Source: Anaeramoeba ignava BMAN | Taxonomy: Eukaryota > Protista > Anaeramoebae | DNA: 64,000 bases | Direction of reading: 5' to 3' | Assembly (NCBI GenBank): GCA_028826165.1 | Contig: JAPDFW010000033.1 | Coordinates: 248,001-312,000 of the forward strand | Part shown: one piece after another, positions 34,801-44,470 of the stretch | How positions within the stretch are numbered: the stretch's first letter is position 1 | Layout of the letters: every line of letters begins with the position of its first letter | The notes under the pieces: generated by a model | What the model saw: only the letters and a program-made list of their open reading frames with translations | What the model was told of the DNA's origin: nothing | Database searches by the model: none | Translations under genes and position numbers: made by a program

Positions 34801-37800
34801 TTTGATATCAATATTCAACCAGTTTCAGGAAAAGTTTTTTCAGTAAATGTGAAAGAATCAGACAGAATTAGATATTTAAAAAAACAAATCCAAAAACAGT
34901 CAAAAATTCCTTTGGAAAAACAAATCCTTTTTTATCAAGGAAAATACTTGAATGATTTATCAACTTTGTCTTCTCTTTCAATTTCCAAGAAAGATTCAAA
35001 TGATGTTTTAATTAAAATGATTGATCCTAAAATTAAAGCTATTATTAATATTTGTATGCCTGACAAAGAAGAAACAATACACCAATTTAAATGCGAAATT
35101 GGAAAAACAATTTCTGACTTGAAAAAATTGATTGAAAAAAAAGAAATCGTTGAAGAAACCTTTGAGTTATATCAACCTTCAAACCGTTTTCTTCCAGAGA
35201 ATTCATTAATAGGTTCTTTAAGTTATCCATCAGAAAATTGGGAAACATTTGTGGATTTAGATTACTCATTCGGAGGTGAAATATTTATTAAAACATTAAC
35301 AGGAAAAGTTTTTACGATTGAAGTTAATCCAGATGATACAATTACAAAAGTGAAAGAAAAAATTCAAGATCAAGAAGGAATCTTAGCAAATCAACAAAGA
35401 TTAATATTTTCAGGGAAGCCATTAAATGATGATAAAACTTTGAGTGATTATCAGATCAAAAAGGGTTCAAGTCTTCATTTGGTTTGGCGACTAAAGGGAG
35501 GAGGCGGATATTTCAAAAAATCTGAAGATAAAACTGGACCAGAGGAATTAGCCTCATTAGAACAGCAAATCATGCAAGCTCGATTGAAATCAGCCAACAA
35601 TGATGAAAAACCTCTTGATGTTGTGGTTGAACCATTTGCAAGGGTTTATTCTCATAAATTGATCAAAATCGAGGAAGAAAGTCAAGATAAAGAAAGAAAA
35701 GATTTTACAAACACAATTTATTGGAATCCATCAATAAAAAGTGAAATGGATGAAACAATGGATAATGATAACCAAAATCAAATTGAAAATCAATTCAAGC
35801 ATAGTTCAGGCTTTAAAATTGAATTTGAAACTAATGATTCAATTACTTCATTCAGAGTTTTAATTGATGGATTTACTAATGATGGAGTGATTGGAAGCTC
35901 AAATTCTTTTGTTTTTGCTTCAAAAAAACCTTTTTATATTGAACCTAAATTACCACTTGAAATAACTTATAGTGATGAAATTAACTTTCCTGTTTATTTT
36001 GTGAATAATTTCCATGATACTTCATTGAAAATTGAAATGAATATTGAAGCAGAAAATTTGAAATTAAGTGAAAACAAAAAAGAAATTGAATTAAAACCAA
36101 ATGAAAGATTTGCAGAATTTATCAAGGCAACAATTTTAGAAAGCGAATCAAATTTAATTTCCAAAAACATTCCAATCAAAATTACAGCAAAATGCATTGA
36201 TAAACCATTTATTCAAGATTCAATTACAAAGGAATTTAAAGTTGTCCCAAATGGATTTCCAAATTATTTCAATTATTCAGGAATTCTTTCAAACAAAATC
36301 AAAAAAATTCAAAATCAATTTACGCTTTCTTCAATTATTCCAAAAAGTTTAACTTTCTCAATCCAATTTTATCCATCAATTCTTGCTAATTTTACAGAAT
36401 CAATCAAGAGTTTAATTCAAGAACCTCATGGATGTTTTGAACAAACATCAAGTGTTCTTTATCCCATGATAATGGCACAAAAATACTTTAAAAAAACAGG
36501 ATATGATGATTTAGAATTAGTTCAAAAAGCAAACGCTTTTATTCAAAAGGGATACAAGAAATTAATATCATATGAATGTAAAAATGGAGGATTTGAATGG
36601 TTTGGAGATGATCCAGCACATGAAGCATTAACATCAATGGGAGTTCTTGAATTTCTTGATTTATCAACAATATTTTCAGTTAATCAAGAAATGATGCAAA
36701 GAACAACAAGTTGGTTAATTTCTAGGAAAGATGAAGAATTGAAATCATTCAAAAAAAACAAAATAAAATTAGATTCATTTGGATATGCACCTCAACACAC
36801 AACAGATGCTTATATTGTTTGGTCTTTATCAGAAGGAAAAGTTGAAACTGAGAAAATTGGAGATATTATCCAAAGGCTTTACAAAGAAACTCATAAAGAA
36901 CATAAAAATGATCCATATTATATTGCACTAGTTTCAGCAACAATGTTCAATACAAATCAAAATGAAAAATCCTTGGAATTGAGTAAAAAATTAGTTAAAT
37001 TTCAAGATAAAAAAGAAGGATTTATTTCCGATTCAAAAACATCAATTACATCATCAAAAGGATCAAATTTAATCATTGAAACAACATCTTTAGCAATTCT
37101 TTGTTGGATAAAACATGGAAAAGAATTCAGTAAGAACATTTCCCAGGCAAGTGAATGGATTTTTTCAAAATGTTCATCAGGAAAATTTGGATCAACTCAA
37201 TCAACTGTTTTAGCATTAAAAGCTTTATCTGCTTTTGATGATTTTTCTGCTAAAGAACAAAAAGAACAGAGTTTGATTAATTTATCATTTGGAAAAACAC
37301 AAAAACAAATTGGAATAGGAGAAAAACAAGAAGATTCTGTTGAATTCAAATTTGGAAATGAAATTTTTGAGAATGAAAAGGAAATTGATTTTGGAATTGA
37401 AATGGAAAAAGGAAAAATGATGAGATTTTCAACAAGATTTGATTATTACACAGAAAAACCAAAAGATTCAACAAAATGTCCATTATCAATTTCCACAAAA
37501 TTAAAAGAAGAAAAGATGAAATTAGGAGAAACATCAGAAATTCATGTTTCTGTTGAGAATTTGGAAAATCAAGAATCAGGAATGGTTGTAGCCATTATTG
37601 GAATTCCAGGAGGAATTGAAACAAGATTTGAACAATTACAAAATCTTGTTAAGAAAGGAATTGTTTCTTCATTTGAATTGTTTGGAGCAAGACAAGTTGT
37701 TTTTTATTGGAGAGGAATGAATCCAAATCAAAAAATTGAATTTGATATTGAAGTACTTGCAACAATTCCAGGAAAATTCAAATCATCTCCTTCAAGAGTT

Positions 37801-37869
37801 TATTTGTATTATGGAGATGAAGAAGATAAGAAATGGATTGAACCTTCTTCTATTGAGATTTTCAATTAA
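31897..37869 (+). CDS. Alpha-2-macroglobulin/thioester-containing protein with a poly-ubiquitin-like bait region; exons 31897-33454 and 33527-37869 (~1966 aa)
   Basis: MG2 motif [33 protein letters not shown]; splice yields [15 protein letters not shown]; 8 UBL domains; [12 protein letters not shown]; NDSITSFR; [13 protein letters not shown]; thioester EPHGCFEQ (36430-36444); GGFEWFG; [12 protein letters not shown]; C-terminal [12 protein letters not shown]...SRVYLYY. Confidence 0.93.
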
Positions 37870-37934
37870 TTTTTCAAAAACAATTTTCAAAAATTTTTTT
37901 TCATTTTTTTCTTTTCAATAAAAAAAAAAGCAAA

Positions 37935-39380
37935 ATGGAAAATTATTCAAATTTAGAAAAACTTTCATTTAATTTAAAAAAATTATTTCAAAATCAAAAT
38001 CAAAATCAAAATCAAAATCAAAATCAAAATCAAAATCAAAATGAAAGTTATTTTGATTTTGAAATAATTTGTGAACAAAATCAAATTTCATTTAAAACTC
38101 ATAAATCAATTCTTTCTTCAAGGAGTCATTATTTTAAATCTCTTTTAAAATCAAAAATGAAAGAATATCAAGAAAATAAATTAATTTTAAAAGATGTTTC
38201 AAGTTCAATTCTATTTCCAATTTTGAATTATTTTTATTCAGGAAAAATTGAAATTAATTTAGAAAATGCAATTCAAATTTTAATTTTTTCATCAAAATAT
38301 TTAATTGATGAATTAATTGAAATTTCTTCAAATTTTATCAAAAATAATTTACAAATTGAAACTATTGTTGATGTTCTCAAATTATCTGAATCAATGAACT
38401 TTAATCAATTATTAGATTCTTCTTATCAATTTATTTCTAAAAATTTTGAAGAATTTATTAAAACTCCATTTTTTCTTGAACTTGAAGAAAATCATTTAAA
38501 TTCAATTTTATCAAATGATGGAATTTTAATAAATGAATTTGAAATTTTCCAATCAATAATAAAATGGGGAAAACATAAATTAAATATTAAACAAGAACTT
38601 GAAAAAGAAGAAAAAGAAAAATTACAAAATCAAATTTCAAATATTATTGATAAAATCAGATTTATTGATTTCACAAAAAAAGAACTTGCAGATATTTTAA
38701 AAGAAGAATTAATTCCAAAACAAATTTCAGAAAAATTAATTCAATTCCAAAAACTTGAAAAACAAAAAAATGAAAAAGAATTAAATGAATTTATTGAAAA
38801 CGAAAGTTCATTCATTTTCAAAACAAGATTTACATTTGATTCAGAAATTATTCAAGAAAAAGAGCATTTCAAAAAATTAAAAGAATGGACAAATGATAAT
38901 TATTTCTTTTCTAAAATGAAAAAAGGATTTTCAGCAAAAAAAGATGGATTTGATTGTAAAATTTGGCACAAAGCAGTTGATGATAAAGGAAAAACATTAA
39001 TTATTATCAAAACAAAAGATAATTTTATTTTTGGAGGATTTACTCAAATTGGTTTTAAATCAGGAACACCCGTAACTATTAATGATTCAAATGCATTTAT
39101 TTTTTCATTAAGAAATGATAAGAATGATAGAAAACCTGAGAAATTTCCATATAACAATGATGGTTATGCAATTTATTCTGATTTTTCAACTTATGGTCCA
39201 GTTTTTGGTTCAGGAAGTGATCTTGTAATAGAATCAGATTTAAAAAAAGGTTGGTTAAATTTTGGTAAGAGTTACAATCTACCTAAAGGAATTAAATATG
39301 GAACAAATGAAGCTAAAAGTTATTTAGGTGGTTCTTATAATAAATGGGTTGTTGATGAACTTGAAACTTATTTCATTTAA
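37935..39380 (+). CDS. BTB-BACK-TLDc protein (putative Cullin-3 adaptor), copy 1
   Basis: BTB: DFEIIC...FKTHKSILSSRSHYFKSLL...ILNYFYSGKI; BACK: EFEIFQSIIKWG...IRF; TLDc: KDGFDCKIWHKAVDDKGKTLIIIKT...IFGGFT...AFIFSL...YGPVFG...VDELETY. Confidence 0.92.
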   Translation: MENYSNLEKLSFNLKKLFQNQNQNQNQNQNQNQNQNESYFDFEIICEQNQISFKTHKSILSSRSHYFKSLLKSKMKEYQENKLILKDVSSSILFPILNYFYSGKIEINLENAIQILIFSSKYLIDELIEISSNFIKNNLQIETIVDVLKLSESMNFNQLLDSSYQFISKNFEEFIKTPFFLELEENHLNSILSNDGILINEFEIFQSIIKWGKHKLNIKQELEKEEKEKLQNQISNIIDKIRFIDFTKKELADILKEELIPKQISEKLIQFQKLEKQKNEKELNEFIENESSFIFKTRFTFDSEIIQEKEHFKKLKEWTNDNYFFSKMKKGFSAKKDGFDCKIWHKAVDDKGKTLIIIKTKDNFIFGGFTQIGFKSGTPVTINDSNAFIFSLRNDKNDRKPEKFPYNNDGYAIYSDFSTYGPVFGSGSDLVIESDLKKGWLNFGKSYNLPKGIKYGTNEAKSYLGGSYNKWVVDELETYFI

Positions 39381-39456
39381 AAAATATTTTTTTCAAAATT
39401 CAATTTTCAAAAATTTTAATTTCATTTTTTTTCTTTTCAATAAAAAAAAAAGCAAA

Positions 39457-40908
39457 ATGGAAAATTATTCAAATTTAGAAAAACTTTCATTTGATTTAAA
39501 AAATTTATTTCAAAATCAAAATCAAAATCAAAATGAAAGTTATTTTGATTTTGAAATAATTTGTGAACAAAAACAAAACTTCATTTAAAACTCATAAATC
39601 AATTCTTTCTTCAAGAAGTCATTATTTTAAATCTCTTTTAAAATCAAAAATGAAAGAATATCAAGAAAATAAATTAATTTTAAAAGATGTTTCAAGTTCA
39701 ATTCTATTTCCAATTTTGAATTATTTTTATTCAGGAAAAATTGAAATTAATTTAGAAAATGCAATTCAAATTTTAATTTTTTCATCAAAATATTTAATTG
39801 ATGAATTAATTGAAATTTCTTCAAAATTTATCAAAAATAATTTACAAATTGAAACTATTGTTGATGTTCTCAAATTATCTGAATCAATGAACTTTAATCA
39901 ATTATTAGATTCTTCTTATCAATTTATTTCTAAAAATTTTAAAGAATTTATCAAAACTCCATTTTTTCTTGAACTTGAAGAAAATCATTTAAATTCAATT
40001 TTATCAAATGATGGAATTTTAATAAATGAATTTGAAATTTTCCAATCAATAATAAAATGGGGAAAACATAAATTAAATATTAAACAAGAACTTGAAAAAG
40101 AAGAAAAAGAAAAATTACAAAATCAAATTTCAAATATTATTGATAAAATCAGATTTATTGATTTCACAAAAAAAGAACTTGCAGATACTTTGAAAGAAGA
40201 ATTAATTCCAAAACAAATTTCAGAAAAATTAATTCAATTCCAAAAACTTGAAAAACAAAAAAATGAAAAAGAATTAAATGAATTTATTGAAAACGAAAGT
40301 TCATTCATTTTCAAAACAAGATTTACATTTGATTCAGAAATTATTCAAGAAAAAGAGCATTTCAATAAATTAAAAGAATGGATAAATGATAATTATTTCT
40401 TTTCTAAAATGAAAAAAGGATTTTCAGCAAAAAAAGATGGATTTGATTGTAAAATTTGGCACAAAGCAGTTGATAATAAAGGAAAAACATTAATTATTAT
40501 CAAAACAAAAGATAATTTTATTTTTGGAAGTTTTACAAAAGTTGGATTTACGACTGATAGATCAAAATGGAATCATGAGGATAGAAAATTTGATTTTGGA
40601 TTTATTGTAGATTCAAATGCATTTATTTTTTCATTGAGAAATGATAAAAATGATAGAAACCTGAGAAATTTCCAATTAAGAAAGATCAAATAAAATATGC
40701 AATTTATTATGATTTACATGCTGGTCCAAGTTTTGGAATTTTTGGAGATATTCTTTTCAAATCTAAGTTACAACCTGGTGATTCAAATTTCGGTTCTAGT
40801 TACAATCTACCTAAAGGAATTAAATATGGAACAAATGAAGCTAAAAGTTATTTAGGTGGTTCTTATAATAAATGGGTTGTTGATGAACTTGAAACTTATT
40901 TCATTTAA
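39457..40908 (+). pseudogene. BTB-BACK-TLDc tandem copy 2 with two A-run frameshifts (pseudogene or consensus errors)
   Basis: Near-identical to copy 1; extra A at ~39570 and missing A at ~40658; same C-terminus YLGGSYNKWVVDELETYFI*. Confidence 0.75.
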
Positions 40909-41024
40909 AAAATTTTATTTCAAAATTCAATTTTCAATCAAATTTAAATTTCATTTTTTTTCTTTTCAATAAATAAGCAACAAATTTAGTTTTAATTTAA
41001 AATTTAATTTATATATTAATTTAA

Positions 41025-41485
41025 AAATATAAATTAGAATTAAATTTTATGTTTAATTATTTAATATTCTTTATTTTATTTTTAAAATTAATTAATTAAA
41101 ATATTTTATTAATATTATTTAATTATTTTAAATAATTTTATATTATTTTAAATAAAGAAAAGTTAATAAAAAATATAAATTAGAATTAAATTTATGTTTA
41201 ATTATTTAATATTCTTTATTTTATTTTTGAAATAAATTAATTAAAATATTTTATTAATTTTATTTAATTATTGAGAATAGTTTTATATTATTTTAAATAA
41301 AGAAAAGTTAATAAAATTTATAATTTAGAATTAATTTATGTTTAATTATTTAATATTCTTTATTTTATTTTTAAAATTAATTAATTAAAATATTTTATTA
41401 ATCTTATTTAATTATTTTAAATAATTTTATATTATTTTTAAATAAAGAAAAGTTAATAAAATATATGAATTAGAATTAAATTTAA
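41025..41485. repeat. Short AT-rich tandem array, ~146-bp unit, ~3 copies
   Basis: TTAGAATTAA...TATGTTTAATTATTTAATATTCTTT...AATAAAGAAAAGTTAATAAA recurs near 41031, 41178, 41322, 41468. Confidence 0.85.
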
Positions 41486-41559
41486 ATCTCCTTTTTAATA
41501 TCCATTTTTCTTTATTTTTATTTTTAAATTAATTAAAATATTTTATTAATTTTTTTTAA

Positions 41560-43126
41560 TAAACAAGCTAAGAATAGTTTGCAAAATATTATTTCTCACA
41601 AAGAAAAAGAAAAATTCAAAAAAAAATATAATTTAGAATTAAATTTAAATCTCCTTTTAAAATTTTTCATTTTATTTTTTTATTTTTCATTTTTCATTTT
41701 TCATTTTTTCTTTTTAAAACTTTAGATTTTAATGTTTATATTTTATCACTTGTATTGTAATAAACAAGTTATTCATTATGTAGAATGTTTGGATAGATAT
41801 TTTGGAAATGTATTTTTCAATTTTAATTCAATTTTAAAAGAAAAAGAAAAATTCAAAAAGAGGTTCAATTTTAAATCAATTATATCAATTTGGAAGAAAT
41901 TAACGTTTATATCAATTTTAATTGAATTTAAAAGATTTTAAAATCAATTTTACAGAAGGTTATTTCAATTTTTTCAATTTTTATCAATTTTTATATCAAT
42001 TTTATAATTTTTGAAAAATATTTTCTTTTTAAAATTTTAGATATTTAAGTTTAAATATTTTAAATCACTTTTAAATTGATACAACAGACAATGAATTCAA
42101 TTTTAAATCCTTGAAGTTATTCATCATATTTCAATTTTAAGAATTTAATTCAATTTAGATCATTTTGGAAATCAATTTTTTTCAATTTTAATTCAATTTT
42201 AATTCAATTTTAAATCAATTTTAAATCAATTTTAAATCAATTTTAAATCAATTTTAAATCAATTTTAAATCAATTTTAAATCAATTTTAATTCAATTTTA
42301 TATCAATTTTAATTCAATTTTAAATCAATTTTAATTCAATTTTAATTTAATTTTAATTTAATTTTAATTCAATTTTAAATCAATTTTAAATCAATTTTAA
42401 TTCAATTTTAAATCAATTTTAATTTAATTTTAAATCAATTTTAAATCAATTTTAAATCAATTTTAAATCAATTTTAATTCAATTTTAATTCAATTTTAAA
42501 TCAATTTTAAATCAATTTTAAATCAATTTTATATCAATTTTAAATCAATTTTATATCAATTTTAATTTAATTTTAATTCAATTTTAATTCAATTTTAAAT
42601 TTAATTTTAAATCAATTTTAATTTAATTTTAAATCAATTTTAATTTAATTTTAAATCAATTTTAATTCAATTTTAAATCAATTTTAAATCAATTTTAATT
42701 TAATTTTAAATCAATTTTAAATCAATTTTAAATCAATTTTAAATCAATTTTAAATCAATTTTAAATCAATTTTAAATCAATTTTAAATCAATTTTATATC
42801 AATTTTAAATCAATTTTAAATCAATTTTAAATCAATTTTAAATCAATTTTAAATCAATTTTATATCAATTTTAAATCAATTTTAAATCAATTTTAAATCA
42901 ATTTTAAATCAATTTTAAATCAATTTTAAATCAATTTTAAATCAATTTTAATAAGGTTTGTGAACTTGATATAATTTTCAATTTCGATAAAGCTTATTAT
43001 ATTTTGGATGAAATTTTAATAGATGGAAAACTTCAAGAAACAAGTCAAAGAATAATTCTTAAAAGTATTACAACTCAAGATTCTGTTATTGATAATTCAC
43101 CTGATAGTCGAGATTATGCAATTTAA
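41560..43126 (+). pseudogene. Adaptor protein complex sigma subunit (AP-1 sigma-like): clean last exon 42956-43126, upstream exons fragmented or garbled
   Basis: Last exon [38 protein letters not shown]...; fragment VIHYVECLDRYFGNV at ~41768-41812; DTTDNE and LEVIHH fragments at ~42078-42128. Confidence 0.7.
42185..42950. repeat. Intronic 11-bp (TCAATTTTAAA)n minisatellite
   Basis: Directly visible tandem units ending at an AAG acceptor (42953-42955). Confidence 0.9.
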
Positions 43127-43607
43127 TTATAAACAAAAACAATAATCAATATTTTCTTCTTTTCTTTTTTTTTTGATCAATTTTTCGACTTTTTTTTTTT
43201 TAAAAAAGATTTAAGATAAAAATTTTTTCTTCTTTTTTTAATTTTCTCTTTTATTTTTATTTTTTGGATTAATTTGAAAAAAAAAACTTTTTTTTATCTC
43301 TAAATTCAAAAAATTTACCACAAATCATTTTATTTACAATTTGAAAAAAAAAAAAATTTAATTGATTAGTCAAAATTCCAGAAAAGAAAAAACAAATTGC
43401 AAATTAAATTAAAAAATTAAAATTAAAATAAATTTAAAATAAATTAAAAAAAAAGTTTATTTTGAAAATATTTTTTTTTTTTCAATTAATTTCATTTTTT
43501 TTTTTTAATTTTTTTAAAAAAATTTTTTTCCTTTTTAAACAAAACTTGCAAAAAAACAAAAAACAATTATAAAAGCAAAAACAAAAAACAATTATAAAAG
43601 AAAAAAA

Positions 43608-44174
43608 ATGTCAAAATACAAAGTAGTAATAGTTGGAAGTGGAGGAGTAGGCAAATCAGCAATCACAATGCAATTTATACAATCGAAATTTGTAGAAGAT
43701 TATGATCCAACAGTTGAAGATTCTTATCGAAAGCAAATAGTAGTAGAAAATGAAAAATGTTTATTAGACATAGCGGACACAGCCGGCCAAGAAGAATTTG
43801 GGCCGTTGCGAAGCGTTTATTTAAGAGCAGGCGAAGGATTTGTGATGGTTTTTTCGATCGTTGAAAAAAACACATTTGAAGAAATTAAAATGTTAAAGGA
43901 TCAAATTGTCAGAATAAAAGATGTTGAATCAATTCATGATATTCCGCTTATTCTTGTTGGTAACAAGTCGGATCTTGAGGATAAACGCGAGGTTACTCAA
44001 CAGCAAATGAAAGAACTTGCTGATTCTTGGGATTGCCCCTTTTTTGAAACTTCTGCTAAAAATAACTCTAATATTGATGAATGTTTCCAGCAAATTGTTA
44101 AGCAAATTAAAAAGGTTCGTGAAAAACTTGGTTTGAATAAACCCGTTAAGAAAACCCGTTGTACAATCTTGTGA
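43608..44174 (+). CDS. Ras-family small GTPase, intronless, CAAX CTIL
   Basis: GSGGVGKS, YDPTVEDSYRK, DTAGQEEF, GNKSDL, ETSAK, C-terminal KKTRCTIL. Confidence 0.96.
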   Translation: MSKYKVVIVGSGGVGKSAITMQFIQSKFVEDYDPTVEDSYRKQIVVENEKCLLDIADTAGQEEFGPLRSVYLRAGEGFVMVFSIVEKNTFEEIKMLKDQIVRIKDVESIHDIPLILVGNKSDLEDKREVTQQQMKELADSWDCPFFETSAKNNSNIDECFQQIVKQIKKVREKLGLNKPVKKTRCTIL

Positions 44175-44470
44175 GATTCTTCCCTTCTTTTTTTTCTTTT
44201 CTTTTCTATTCTATTCTCTTTTTTTTTTCTTTTTCTTTTTTCTTTTTTCTTTTTTTTTAAATTTCTCTCTTTTTGTTTTTCCTTTAATGAGTGAAACTCA
44301 AAACACAAAACATCAAAAAAAAAAGAAAGAAAAGAAAATAAAGAAGAAAAAAAATTAACTATAAAATTCATTTATAATTTGATTAGATTTCAAAAAAAAA
44401 TTTTCCAACTTCAAAAAAAAAAAAAAATCTATTTTAATAATAATAATAATAATTTGATTGAAAAAATCTT

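Noticed and set aside
33649-35508. Ordinary polyubiquitin gene, or an intein/Hint insertion, within the A2M locus
   Set aside because: The units are highly diverged, mostly lack di-Gly ends and are in frame with A2M domains on both sides; no Hint-type N-terminal Cys or C-terminal His-Asn motifs seen.
39030-40800. Diversity-generating retroelement acting on the TLDc variable region
   Set aside because: No reverse transcriptase in the window; differences include indels and are not adenine-specific.
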